NCBI GenBank assembly: GCA_051294375.1
Contig: CM119264.1
Span: forward strand, 29,765,182-29,829,181
Source: Paraspadella gotoi
Taxonomy: Eukaryota; Animalia; Chaetognatha
Direction: 5' to 3'
DNA: 64,000 nt
The notes under the pieces were generated by a model. That model was not told the DNA's origin and did no database searches. It saw only the letters and a program-made list of their open reading frames with translations. The translations under genes were made by a program, and so were the position numbers. Of this stretch, positions 1 to 13,510 are shown in pieces; within the stretch, counting starts at the first letter, position 1, and each line of letters opens with the position of its first letter.

Positions 1-96
1 GAGATGACTGACGGGCGCTGCAGGTTCTCGCGAAGTGGAGGAAGCTGAGGGTGAGATGGACTGGTTGATGAGGTCGGGGATGACGTGGCGGCGGTT
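1..96 (-). CDS. Probable exon of a minus-strand gene continuing beyond the window start
   Basis: On the minus strand a long (TC)n tract ends in TGTAG at 97-101, followed by GC-rich non-repetitive sequence open in all three frames. One frame reads TAATSSPTSSTSPSHPQLPPLRENLQRPSVI. The frame cannot be fixed from this window. Confidence 0.4.
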
Positions 97-151
97 CTAC
101 AGAGAGTGGAGAAGAGAGGAGAGAGAGAGAGAGAGAGAGAGAGTGAGAGAG

Positions 152-193
<42 letters not shown>

Positions 194-319
194 AGAGAAA
201 GATAATAGAAAGTCATGGTTTTCCTCTCGAATATAAATCGTTTCTTTCTTCTTAATTAATTACGATTTTTCTCTTTCGATTTCGTGAGACAAATTGATTT
301 TCGGCGAAATAGTTCGATC

Positions 320-650
320 ACCGAACGATCATCGCCTTTCCACTTCGCCTTTCCACTTCGCCTTTCCACTTTGCCTTTTCCACTTTGCCTTTTCTTCCCA
401 CTTCGCCTTTCCACTTTCGCCTTTCTACTTAGCCTTTCCACTTCGCCTTTCCACTTCTCCTTTTCCACTTCTCCTTTCCACTTTGCCTTTCCACTTTGCC
501 TTTCAACTTTGCCTTTCACTATGCCTTTCCACTTCGCCTTTCCACTTTCCTTTTCACTTCGCCTTTTCAATTGGGCCTTTCCGCTTTCGCCTTTTCCACT
601 TCGCCTTCCACTTCGCCTTTCCACTTCGCCTCTTTCCACTTCGTCCCTCG
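320..650. repeat. Degenerate ~13-bp minisatellite (CTTCGCCTTTCCA)
   Basis: Tandem CTTCGCCTTTCCA/CTTTGCCTTTCCA units, which explain the overlapping low-complexity ORFs at 256-963. Confidence 0.9.
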
Positions 651-881
651 CCTCTTCGCTTATCCTCTTTCTTTAAAGACCAATTTCATTTCATATCCAT
701 TTTGCTTTCCACCCCAACCACCCCAACCACACCCCAAACCCAACCCGCCTAACCCGCCTCCTCGCCCGTCACTCCGGTCGCAGATTCCAGGGTCAAAGGT
801 CATTCCAAGGTCATCGTCTCGAGGTCCTCGACTCGCTCTCGTGGAATCGACGGCGATGGAACCACCGATTTTGGGCCGACC

Positions 882-918
<37 letters not shown>

Positions 919-1949
919 TTATGGCCATATTTCACGAAAGGGTCTCCCCCCCTCCCTCTTTAAAGACGGCATTCATCTTGTGGCATTTTTTCATTGCGTC
1001 TTGATGGCATTTCGGACGTCGGCTATCATCCGATGGCATTCATCAAAGAAAAAAGGAAGAAGAGAGGATTTTGTGAAGAGCAGAGAGAAAAGGAAAAGGA
1101 AGAAAGGATAAACGGGAAAAAGGAAAAAAAGGAAGAAAGGATAAACGGGAAAAAGGAAAAAAAGGAAGAAAGAAAAATGAAAGGAAATTGGGTTGAGAAG
1201 AAATGGATTAAACTTTAAAGGATATGTACAAACTACGGAGTGCAAAATAATAAAGGGACAAAGTTTCAAACAAATGTCTTTGCATCTTATGTTTAATTTT
1301 CGCAAGAAGTTGCACAAACAATATTAAAACTATACATTCATTAAATAGATAAGCTGTCTTTCCCTTGACTTTCTACAGGTGACAATGGGTTAATACCTCT
1401 TATATGAGGCAAGATATGGGGCAAGATAGCTTATTTATTAAATAAATAGATAATTTTTACATTGGTTGTACCAATTTCATGACAATACACAAGACCCTGA
1501 ATACGACTTGGCTTCTTCCCTCTTCGATTTCTCTTCTAATTCCTTCTCCCTTTTTTCTCTCGCCGCCCCCCCTTTCTGCCTCACAACCAAGCTCGCTCTC
1601 ACAGAAGTTTGTCAATTTCGATTCTGGTTTTCGAGAAACGTTTACGATTTTTAGACGAGCGAGGGACTTCGTCGTCTAGGTCGTCGTGGTCCTATTGGTA
1701 TTCGTCGTCGTCGTCGTCTTGGTCGTCGTCGTTTTTGTCGTCTTGGTCGTTATCTTGGTCGTCGTCGTCGTTGTTGTCTTGGTCGTCGTCTTCGTCAAAA
1801 AAAAAAAAAAGACGAGAGACCTTTCTTGGTCGTCGCTTTGCGCGTCATCTTTGCGCTTACGCCTCGTCGTGTTCTAACGCTCTGTGTTTCGCTTCGTCAC
1901 TCATCGTCGTCCGTCCGGTGTCATATCGTATCGCTCGCGCTCGTTTCGT

Positions 1950-3512
1950 CATCATCGTCGTCGTCGTCATCGTCATCGTTCTATTCGTCGTCATTCATCC
2001 GTTATGTTTGTCCTCTGCTTGTCTCAGGTCGAGTCTCTGCATCATCTGGAATTCCGAGCGTCGGATTGCTGAGAGTCGAATCCGTCTGTCATGCGAACTT
2101 TTTTTATCTTTCCGTCTGTTCTGTCCTGTCTGTAGAATTCTAAAATAGCCAATTTTGAAACAACCTGTTCATCTGTAAATTAACTTTGTCAGTCCCTCTG
2201 GTCTTCTCTACCTACAATCCATCTGACTCCACGATGTTTGCTTTTCCTGTCCCAAATGTCTGTATGTCCGTCTTAATTGCTCTCTCTCTCTCTCTCTCTC
2301 ACCCTCTCATTCTCGTCTCTCATCTCCTCTCTACTCTCTCTCCTCTCTCCCCTCTCTCTCTCTCTTCTCCCAACCGCCTCCAAGTTACGCAAGATGTAAC
2401 CATCTCCCTCCCCTTTCCATTCCCCTTACGACCTCCCCCCCTTGCATCTCATCGGGCTCTGTCGTCCGCCTCGGCCGCCATTCGTGGCACGCAGCCCCTG
2501 TCGGCGCCGTCGCGCGGCGGGGCGCGGGTCGGGCTTCCTTAAGGGGCCACATAAACTGTCAATGTAGGTGATACGAGCGAGAAAGAAACCATCTGGAGTG
2601 GGGGACTCGGGCTATAAAGAGGGAGGGAAAGGGAGTGAAGGGCGGTGGGGGGTGTCAAGGGGTGGAGTAAGGGAGTGNNNNNNNNNNNNNNNNNNNNNNN
2701 NNTCTTGTTAGTCGTCGTCGTCTAAAGTTTGTCGTCGTTCGTCTCCGTCACTCAACTCATCGTCGTCGTTGTCATCATCGTCCGTCGTCGTCAGTCATCG
2801 TCATCGTTTCTACTTTCGTCGTCATTCATCCTCCGTGTATGTTCGTCCTCTGCTTGTCTCAGGTCGAGTCTCTGACAGTCATGGAATTCCGAGCGTCGGA
2901 TTGCTGAAGGTCGAATACGTCTGTCATGGAACTTCTTTTATACTTCTCGTCTGCTCTGTCTGTAGAATTCTAAAAATAAGCCATTTTGAAACAACGCTGT
3001 TCATCTGTAAATTAACTGTTGTCAGTCTCCTGGTCTTCTCTACCTACAATCCATCTGACTCCACGATGTTTGCTTTCCTGTCCCAAATGTCTGTATAGTC
3101 CGTACTTAATTGTCTCTCTTCTCTCTCTCTCTCATCTCTCTTCTCGTCCTCTCTATCTCTCTCTCTCTCTCTCCCTCTCGTCCTCTCATCTCTCTCTCTC
3201 TCTCCAACCAGCCTCAACGTTAGCGCAAGATGTAAATCCCGCTATCCATCCCCCCTTCGACTTCCTACGACCCTCTTGCATTCTCAGGGTCCGTCGTCGC
3301 ACTCGGCCGCCATTCGTTGGCACGCAGCCCCGTCGCGGCCGTCGTCGCGGCGGGCGCGGTCAGGGCCTCCTTTAACAGGGCCACAATAAACTGTCAATGT
3401 AGGTGATGAGGCGAGAAAGAAACCATCTGGAGTGGGGGGGACTCGGGCTAAAAAGAGGGAGGGAAAGGGAGTGAAGGGCGGTGGGGGTGTCAAGGGGTGG
3501 AGTAAGGGAGTG
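1950..3512. repeat. ~750-bp direct duplication on either side of an N-gap (probable haplotype or assembly artefact)
   Basis: ~1950-2677 and ~2750-3512 are colinear (shared TGCTTGTCTCAGGTCGAGTCTCTG, CTACCTACAATCCATCTGACTCCACGATG and GTCAAGGGGTGGAGTAAGGGAGTG) with many 1-bp indels, separated by the gap at 2678-2702. 3513-3625 is also repeated at 3626-3725. Confidence 0.85.
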
Positions 3513-3787
3513 GTAGAGGTTGGTGTAACAGTGTTACATTGAGATACGCTTTGTGAATTACGCTTGCGTTCAAACGCGTTACATTTGACGTTTTGAACAT
3601 GTGAGACGAGTGAACGGTTACGAATGGTAGAGGTGGTAACGTGTTACATTGAGTCGCTTTGTGAATTACGTTGCGTCAAACGCGTTACATTTGACGTTTG
3701 AAATGTGAGACGTGACGGTTACGATGAGCTCAATAAAGACTATGAGTTGCCTCATTGGAATGCGTGGAACCGGAAGGTCGTATATCT

Positions 3788-3854
<67 letters not shown>

Positions 3855-4814
3855 CAACGACCTGTGAACTTTACTACTCTCTCGTTTTATGTCTTTGTCG
3901 CGTCTCCGTCGCATTGGCCTCATTGATTCCTATGGGTTCTCATGGTCGTGGGGTCTTCGCTCGAGTCACGGTAGTCGGCGTGAAGAGGTTCACCGAGCGT
4001 AGGGACGGCGTGTGAACGACGTGAATAGTGAATCGTGGCAAAGTTAAATGCGAAGTTAAATGGTTCTATTGACTATTGTGAATTTGTATTTTCTGACTCT
4101 CTGATTGTATTAAAATAAATGAAGAAATTATAAGTGAGCTTATTAAGTATTAAATTAATGTTTTTGATTAATTAAATGAATAAATAAAAGAATGAATGAA
4201 TGAATAAATGTCCTTGTATCACGTTATTAGTTGCTGTCGATCAGTGATCATTCGTCGTCTTGAACGGGAGAAGAAAAAAAACCGAATTTAATCAAAAATT
4301 CCTCATCAAATCTCAATCAACTCATTTCTGAGAAAAGACGAGATTTCTCATTTCTGAGAAAAGAGGAGATTAAAAAAAAAAAGAAAAGTGAAGAAAAATA
4401 AACGTTTTGGGAAAAGAGAGCGACTTGGGAATAAAAAGTCGTAAGAGAGAATTAGAAAGGAGAAAAGAATTATGTAGAATATTTTAAAATTACGTTTTTA
4501 AATGCATTAAAAGTCAAAGTTTCTTGCGTTTTAGGAAAATAATTTAAATGAAAGTATACGTAAGTGTTTGTAAAATCTACGAGCAATTTAAATATTAAGT
4601 TTTGTCCAAAATTCCATTTTCATTGACCATAAAATTGAATCATTCTTTTGATACGTAAGCCATGTACTCTTGGGAAAAAAAATGAAAACAAGCAAGAATA
4701 AGAAGTAGTCTTGTTAGAAAGCTTGCTTGCCTGCTATGTTATTAAATCTTGTGAGAGTGGATTGGAGGCCTTAAATCACCAAAACCCTGATCAGCGTGTA
4801 ATTCTTATTATACA

Positions 4815-5100
4815 CATACTTAAGGGAGTGGTCTTTTGCCATAACAATTGAAACAATTCTTTTAAATAATTATACCACTTCATTGATTAGGGAAGCCAGT
4901 ACTTCTGGGAGTGAATAAACCGAGACTGTGAGAGAGTCTTGATTGAAAAGCTTGCAGGGACCTGCTACTACTCATTATCTAGTAATGACGTGATATGGAG
5001 GCCTTAAACACTCACAGCCTGTCCAAAGTTCAGAGGGCTAAGATAGCCTTATTTATTAAATGAATGGATAAGTCTTTTATATTGGTTCTGTACAATTTCA
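4815..5100 (+). mobile_element. Dispersed repeat family A (Penelope-like GIY-YIG tail), indel-rich near-full copy
   Basis: Reverse complement of the 12666-12930 copy (TACTTAAGGGAGTGGTCTTTT...GAGACTGTGAGAGAGTCTTGATTGAAA...TTATTTATTAAATGAATGGATAA...ATATTGGTT). A more diverged partial copy precedes it at ~4600-4790. Confidence 0.75.
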
Positions 5101-7067
5101 ATGAATGGATAAATAATATTGTTTCTACCAAATGTCTATACATATTTCCTCCCAGCTTCCTCATACTAGTCATATTTCACTTTGCTATTCTTCACTTCTG
5201 GCATCTCCTTTACCAAAATTGACGCCCTTTTCCAATGTCGTTGCTGCTCATGACTACTCTTGACCGCCCTTTGCCTTCCAATCTCTCATATCTTCCCTCC
5301 TTCATTTTCCCTTCCCTCTCTCTCTCTCTCCTCTCTCTCTTGTCCCCACAACCCCAACCTTTTTCACTGAGATTCGAACTTTACTCCAAAAACCTGGAAT
5401 GGCGAAAATATCGCTTCTTCACACTTTTCTTCCGCTTTATTCCCTTCTTCCCTGTCTTCCGCTTTCTTCCACCATGCGAGAGATTCAGTGAATATCCAGT
5501 TCAACAGTTGACGGAAAATTTAAAAAAAGCCTCATGCAAATTTCGCGATTTAAACGGCATTACGAAGAGATTAGGAGAGAGGAAGAAGAGGGGAGGGGGA
5601 GAGAGAGGGAAGGAGAGGAGAGAAGAGGAGAGAGGAAGGGAGGAGGGAAGAGAGAGAGGAGAAGAGAGAGAGAGAGAGAGAAGGATAGGAGAGGAGAAGA
5701 AAGAGGAGAGGGGATAAGAGAGTAGGGCCGCAGAAGAGAAAGAAGAGAAAGAGAGAAGAGAAGAAAGAAGAAGAGCAGAGAAGAGAAGGAAGAAGAGGGA
5801 GGGAGAGAGAAAGAGGAAGAGAAGAGAAGGAAAGAAAGAAAGAGAAAAGTTACCAAAACTCGCAGCAAAAAGGAGAGATAAATTTCAAATGCGACCATAA
5901 TTTTTGTTTTATTTCTCAGATATTTTATTTGTTTAAACCTTGTTATCCCATTTATTATTCACGAAGGAACAAAACTTTGCGAGAAAGTTTCGCTTTAAAG
6001 TTTGTGTTTTACGTTTGGTGGGAAAATTCGGGCGAAAGGAAGGAGAAAGCATTTTGAGGTGGAAGACTTTTGGGGGGAAATAGGCAAAGTACATTCGTCT
6101 CGTATCGATAGATTTAATACATTTTACAATAAGAGAATTAAATCAATAATAAATGTTTGAGTCTCAAAATTGTTTATTTTCTGACTTTTCCGAAGTCGAC
6201 GTTTGAGAATTTCACGTGTTTGAAAATGTTTATTTATATTGAGACAATTTTCGACAATTATTAAAAGCAATTTAAGTCGCTTTAAAACAAACCACACGAC
6301 TTAAAATATACTTAAAAACAATTTAATAAACTGCCTCTTAGCCTGACTTTTACAAATTTCAAACGTGATATTCTTTATCGTCTTTATAATCGTCGTCGCG
6401 ACGTTTCGTCGCGAATCGGGGAAACTTGTGACACAGATGTCGAAATTCTCTGACGTCGGACGTCGAGCCGTTCTGGCCCTATTAAAAATATTATTTGATA
6501 TTTGATTTTTGATATTTTCACAGTAGTATCAAGTGTTTATTTCTCCGTAGTTTTTGTAAATTGAGTTTAATCTTCTGCTCGGCCATATTAATATATATAC
6601 TAATTTTCCTCATTATCTCACATACCCACCTATCCAGGCTATCCAACCCACTAACCAACCATCTATCCATCGATCCAGTTCCGCCATTATCTTTCCTTTC
6701 TAAAACCAGAAATGAAGTTTCGACTTTCGAGTCTCAAAAATTCCGATCAAGAGATTCGCCCTTCGACCAAAAACAGATCAATCAAATCCAAAATCTGTCA
6801 CACAAGTTTTTTTTTTTTTTATTTTGCTCTTTTTTTGGGAGGCTTTTGTTCTGCTTTTTTTCCCCATTTTTTTTGGTTAATTTCTTAAATTTCTTTCTTT
6901 CTTTAACAAAGAAGATTTTTTTTCTTTGTTTTACTGGAATTTTATTTCAAACTTGTTTGATTGACGCCAAATTAAGGCAGCTGATCGTTCAACGCCGCCC
7001 AAACCTCCTTTGGGTATTGAGAGAAGAGAGACGAGAAGCAGAGAGAGAGAGCAAGAGAGAGAGAGAG

Positions 7068-7105
<38 letters not shown>

Positions 7106-8160
7106 TGGGGAATTATTTGGATTTTTTTGAAACGAACGTCAAAAATGGCTATTAAGAAAATCGGGTTGATTAAAAAAAAAGGAGATTTTTGGTTGACTGA
7201 CGCTTATGACTTTTGTTTCTCAAATCGTCAAGTTTGATTCCAACACGAGGTGCTATTTAGGCTTAATTATCGCGCGATGCGTTAATTAACGCGCTTGTGG
7301 TTGAAAATAGATAAGGCATTGAGATATATATATATATATATGTCAGTATAAATGTATAATTATAAATGTCAGTAAAGCGAAATAAAGCAAAAAGTTCCGT
7401 TAAAACGGAACAATGCCGCCGCTTGAACTTATTGTCGCTCACTGACTGAGCAACGATTCGAACATCAAAAACCCGAACGCAAACTAAAATTTACTCTAAC
7501 AATAAAAAAAAACTAGTCTATTCCCGGCAATAGATGCTTTGTTACGTGTGAGTCGTAGAACCAAGCATTCTCGACTAGTTGCAAGCAAGAAGAAAGCAAA
7601 AAAATTGAGGCTGGAGACGTGGAGGCTGAAAACGAGGCTGGAGTCTCGGTCTCAGGTGCGGAGTCGCTGGAGAGAACGAGAAAAAAGGAGAATGGAGGAA
7701 GGAAATACTGGAGGAAAAAGAAAAGTAAAAAAAAGAAAAGAAATAAAGGGAGGAAAGAAAAGAAAAAAAGAAAAGAGCAGGTCGCAGCCGTCAAAGGAAA
7801 AAGATAATAAAAAAGTGAACAGAGATGAAAGACGAATACAGACGTAATATTATACATACAAACCGAGAGAACGAAATTAAAAAATCTAAAAAAAGGTTGA
7901 CTAAATATCAACAAACTTTTGTTGTTTTTACAGATATTAGATTAATATTGGGATTCGGGGTTCCAGCCTACAAATTAATATCAATATTTAAAGAGTATTG
8001 TATGTTGCCAATGTTTCCAAAAGCCACCCACAAATGTTCAAGCCTGAAATTTACGCGATTAAAAGAAATTGTTTGTGATTTGAAAAAGTGAAGAGAGAAG
8101 AAAGTGAACAGATGGTGAGGTGTGACTGGTTGTCGTGAATCAATGGAAGAACAGAGAAAA

Positions 8161-8200
<40 letters not shown>

Positions 8201-8212
8201 GAGAGAGAGAAG

Positions 8213-8266
<54 letters not shown>

Positions 8267-9871
8267 TCCGTGTATAATGTTTTTCTCATCGTAAACATAA
8301 AGAAAATTCATTTCCCGAGAGAAAGATCCGAGTTAGCTCATCAAAGTCAAATGGGACGAACTAATGATTTTTTTGATTAGATCGAATGGAAAAAGTCACG
8401 TGATCAAGTGATTCGAGCCGAAGATCTCTCTCTCTCCTCTCCTCTCTCTATCTCTCTCTCTGTTCTCTCTCTCTCTCTCTCTCTCATTCCTCGCTCTCTC
8501 TCTCTCTCTCTTCTCTCTCTTTCTCGTGAGCCTTAAGTCCCAAAGGAAACACCCAACCCTTTTCTGTTTTCCTTCTTAGTTATCTTCGCAATTTTATTTG
8601 CAAGTTAAGTAATTACTATAACTAAGTCGAAATCATGTAATTCTAGAACTTGTTTGCTTGTTTGAGAAAGTCAATCGTACATTTTGTAGCGATTTTGAAA
8701 TTCCTTATTTAAGTCCGGTCATTCGTGTTCATGGTCTTGTCTTTCAATTTAATGTATAATTGAATGATTACGTAATTGTGTCTTCATTATGTAATTGTAA
8801 AATTCCATTAATTATAATATTATAATTTTTATATAATATAATAAAATATTATAAAAATGATAATAAAATAATCGTTAATAAAAAAGAATTATTCCATGTT
8901 TATTTATCTCTCCGTTTCTTTCAAAAAAATGTAACTTCTTTTTCCTCAAACAAAACAGCATCAACTTTAAATCCTTTTCGAGACCAAAAATAATTGAGTT
9001 TGGATTTTGGAGTGAGAAACGATTTTCGTATTTTGGAAATTTGGGGAAAAACACGACGCGAAAACAAATGGGATTCTTTCTTTGTTTCTTTTCTTTGTTT
9101 CATTTTTGTTTCCGTTTATTTAAAAAAAAATAATGAGTTTTTATGACAACCTTATTTCTCTGTTTAAACTAAAGAAATAAATTTACTAAGTGACGCAAGT
9201 TATCAATATTTTTCACAAAAATTTATTGAGCGTATACGCTAAAAAAAAAATATTCTCTTTTAGTTAGCATTATATATTATATATTTAAAAATTATTGTTA
9301 AAAATAAAATTAGGTAGACTTTTTACATCTAAAAGTCATCGTCTCTTCCTCTTTCTCTTCCTCGGCATCTGCCTTTTTCCTTTGCACCTGACGTTCTCCA
9401 TCCACTTCGCATCTGCTCGCTCCCTTTCTTTCGCATTTGTCCTGGCACCCGCCTTGCACCTGTCCACGTCGCTTCCACGCCTACGATCGTAAAAAACCTT
9501 CCGTGGAAGATGGACAATGGCGACGACGACGACGACGACGACGACGGCCACGACGACGATCGAGACGACCGACGAGATGAGAATGACGACGACGATGGAC
9601 GACTACGACGATGAACGACGACGAGAATGACGATCGCGACGATGCAAGACCAAACGCCGATGGATCCGGAAGCCAATCCCAAATGATTTCTCTCCTCTCT
9701 CTCTCTCTTCTCGCTCCTCTACTCTCGCTCTCTCTCTCTCTCTCCCCTCTAATCTCTCCGCTCTCTCACCCGGAAGAATTGTTCCAATAATGCTCGGAAA
9801 CTTCTGTCCTCTGTCTCAATGTGTCCAAATTACTCGTGGTTCAGGAGAATCAAAGGGGGATAGAGAAAGAG

Positions 9872-9929
<58 letters not shown>

Positions 9930-9938
<9 letters not shown>

Positions 9939-10620
9939 GGAAGCGGTTTGGCGAGTGGCAAAGTTTTGGTGGGGGAGTGACCAAAGAATGTAGGGATCAT
10001 GGTGATCGTTGGAGGGTGAAAGTTGCGGTGAAACCAGTTCAATTGTTTGCGCCCATGAAACAACGATTGCGTCAATACAATAATTGTAAAGATTGTAAAT
10101 GATTTACTTTCCTGGTCTGTTGTATTAAATCTACAATCCTTTTCGNNNNNNNNNNNNNNNNNNNNNNNNNNNNNNNNNNNNNNNNNNNNNNNNNNNNNNN
10201 NNNNNNNNNNNNNNNNNNNNNNNNNNNNNNNNNNNNNNNNNNNNNNNNNNNNNNNNNNNNNNNNNNNNNNNNNNNNNNNNNNNNNNNNNNNNNNNNNNNN
10301 NNNNNNNNNNNNNNNNNNNNNNNNNNNNNNNNNNNNNNNNNNNNNNNNNNNNNNNNNNNNNNNNNNNNNNNNNNNNNNNNNNNNNNNNNNNNNNNNNNNN
10401 NNNNNNGAGAGAGAGAGAGAGAAGCCGGTTTGGCGAGTGGCAAAGTTTGTGGGGTGAGTGACCAAGAATGTAGGGATCAGTGGTGATCGGTTGGAGGGTG
10501 AAGTTCGGTGAACCAGTTCAATTGTTGCGCCATGAAATCACGATTGCGTCAATACAATAATTGTAAAGATTGTAATGATTGTACTTTCCTGGTCTGATTG
10601 TATTAATCTAATGCTTTTCG
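9930..10620. repeat. ~210-bp direct duplication across an N-gap
   Basis: 9940-10145 recurs at 10420-10620 (GGTTTGGCGAGTGGCAAAG...CGATTGCGTCAATACAATAATTGTAAAGATTG) with small indels. Confidence 0.85.
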
Positions 10621-12265
10621 GACGATCCGATCTTTTACTAGAATAGTATAACAAAACTTGTGATAAATCTGCCAATTGTCTATGGTACTACTTGTTTAAC
10701 TATTTCATCCATTTAGATTTTGCAATATTAATATTTAAAGTTTTATTATTTTACTTCATTTCATGTTTTTTGTTTTCTTTGACAAAGAAGATTCTCAAAG
10801 AAAATCTTTCTTATTTTTTTTTCTTTCATCACACGAAAATTTCGTGTCGACAAAATCATTTGTTTTCCCAAAAGAAAAGAAATAAAAATCGCAGAATATT
10901 CCCCCCCCCCTCGCTCTCTCCTTCTTTTCCGAGAAAAGAAAAAGAAAATTCACATCAGAAAAGATTCACACTTTTTGGTTAACGAAGGAAAAAAACCTGA
11001 CGTAAAAAATGAAGCAAAATAATGAAGAGAAAAAACAAACTGTGAGGATACACTCACGCATTTCCGAATCTCTCTCTCTCTCTCNNNNNNNNNNNNNNNN
11101 NNNNNNNNNNNNNNNNNNNNNNNNNNNNNNNNNNNNNNNNNNNNNNNNNNNNNNNNNNNNNNNNNNNNNNNNNNNNNNNNNNNNNNNNNNNNNNNNNNNN
11201 NNNNNNNNNNNNNNNNNNNNNNNNNNNNNNNNNNNNNNNNNNNNNNNNNNNNNNNNNNNNNNNNNNNNNNNNNNNNNNNNNNNNNNNNNNNNNNNNNNNN
11301 NNNNNNNNNNNNNNNNNNNNNNNNNNNNNNNNNTTTCTTTCCTTTTTTACCGGCGCCGGGTTTAGCGAGCGACGCCGGGTTTAGCGAGCGACGCCGACTT
11401 TCGCGAGCGTCCCACTTCCGCAGGTTTTTTACTCTTGCCAGAAATCACGGCGGCTCGCACCGATTTTCACTCCGAGCGCCTTTAATCTCATTTGCATATT
11501 TCAACCGTTTCCCATCATTAGCGACCGCATTCACTCCTACTAATTACGTTTCAAAGTTGATAAAATGTGTAAGCCGGGGGATAAAGTAAAAAAATACGGC
11601 CGAGCCGGATGGAGGGAAGGGAAGAAGGGGTTGGTTGCGGGGACAGGGTAAGTTAAAATCGGGGTGGGATTGAGTGAGTCTACGGCCAAACGCAGACGGG
11701 CTTAAGAGAAGCTTTTTTGGTAAGTTAAGGCAAGTTAAAGTAAGTTTACAACGCCTTTTGATATGAGCGCACTTTAATATCTTTAATGTCTTTAACGATT
11801 TATTTTCCCCGTTCGCTAAAACAAAGTGGGCGCGTAAGGTGGTAACGATACTGAGAGTCGGGGCCCTTTTTAGCCCCCGCGGCACGGACCGCCCCGGCCG
11901 GGAGCCCCCCCTTGCGGGACGACGGAGAAAAAGTCAGTTAAAAATCCACGGGAACTCGAAACTCGTAACTTTCGGTCGCGCTGTTCCTTTGTTTTATGTC
12001 GTCTCCATAAAGTTGGTTTGTTTTTTACGTTTATGGCGGGGAACCACTAGAGGGCCGGCGGCGGTAGCGACGGAAGCGGCGGAAGCGACGGAAGTGGCGA
12101 AAGCGGGCGAGAAACGGCGGAAGCGCAGTACGGCATAGCGGCGAGTTATCGCAGAGAGAAAGAATTATTGAATAATTGGCTGTCGTTTCATACCAGAAAA
12201 GTTAAGTTAGGCCTACTTTGAAAATCATGATAGACGATAGGGCGAACGGAACAGAGAGACGAGCA

Positions 12266-12298
<33 letters not shown>

Positions 12299-12665
12299 GA
12301 GAGATGCAGAGGAGAGATGATGGATCGAGAGAACAGAGAGAGAGAGAGAAGAAAAGAAATGAAGAGAGAGAGAGAGAAAGAGAGAGAGAGCATTTGGAAA
12401 AATGCACTCCAGATAAGAAGAATGAAGGGGAGAAAAAAAAATACATAAAGAAAAAGAGGATAATTTTGGTTGGTCTTTTATCTCGAAACCAGAAGGGGGC
12501 CGTCATCTCCTAAGTAGGGGGCGCTTCATAAAAACAAAAGGAAAAAGAAAATAAAATAAAAAAACAAAATTAGGTTTTATTTACACTTTGAGGCGGCGAA
12601 GATTTTCTCCGTTGGTTTCAATTTTATCGTTTGACTTTTAAAATTCGAATGTCATAAAAGATCTT

Positions 12666-12930
12666 ATGAAATTGGTACAACCAATATAAAAATTATCCAT
12701 TCATTTAATAAATAAGCCATCTTGCCCCTGACTTTGGACAGGCTTTGGTGGTTTAAGGTCTCCATCACTCTTACAAGATATTGACATAGCAGGTCCCTGC
12801 AAGCTTTCAATCAAGACTCTCTCACAGTCTCGTTTATTCACTCCCAGAGTACCTGGCTTCCCTATCAATGAAGTGGAAAATATTTCAAAGAATGATTCAA
12901 TTGTATGAAAAGACCACTCCCTTAAGTATT
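12666..12930 (-). mobile_element. Dispersed repeat family A, best-preserved ~265-bp copy; probable Penelope-like element remnant
   Basis: ATGAAATTGGTACAACCAATATAAAA...GACCACTCCCTTAAGTA. Other copies or fragments occur at ~1410-1480, 4815-5100, 12990-13025, 13215-13280, 29013-29179, 36212-36257, 36275-36380, 39703-39790, 55500-55585 and 62405-62490. The minus strand with 2 frameshifts reads NHSLKY/HFIDREA/TLGVNKRDCERVLIESL...SDG. Confidence 0.8.
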
Positions 12931-13395
12931 AGATCGGGGAATACTTATTGTACTCCGCACTAGCATCAAAATACAAGGAGCTGAATTTTATGAAATTGGT
13001 ACAACCAATATAAAAATTATATTATATTCAAGATGGGGGGGGCCATAGTTTTGGTCGGTCGGTCTCAATCGCTCGGTTTGTTTCTTGTTTAGGTCGTTGC
13101 TCCATCGTTTGAAGAGTGGACAACCTGGAAAGGTTAAAATCTTTCGCTTCAATTGATAATAAGATTATGAAATAAGTTATTATGAAATGTGGCACAACTT
13201 CATTGATAGAGAAGCAGGGGCAAGATAGCTTATTTATTAAATGAATGGATGATTTTTATATTAATTTTACCAATTTTATTAACTAAATGTGATTTTATTA
13301 TAACATTTTTCATCACTAACCTTTGTCTCCCTGTCATCCCATCTCACCCCCTCTACCCCACCTCGATAAACCCTGGTTCCACCTCTCGAGTACAA

Positions 13396-13510
13396 TCACA
13401 GATGACATCACAGATGATATCACAGATGACATCACATAAGACCTCACAGATGACATAACAGATGACGTCACAGATGACATCACAGAAATGACATCACAGA
13501 AATGACATCG
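13396..13510. repeat. 12-bp tandem repeat (TCACAGATGACA) x~9
   Basis: Directly visible tandem units. Confidence 0.9.

Noticed and set aside
1950-3725. Biological tandem segmental duplications here and at 9930-10620
   Set aside because: The large copies abut N-gaps and differ mostly by 1-bp indels, typical of uncollapsed haplotypes or long-read gap filling.
7950-8050. Minus-strand LEHLWVAFG resembling an invertebrate transposon protein motif
   Set aside because: Only about 8 residues match and the expected neighbouring motifs are absent.
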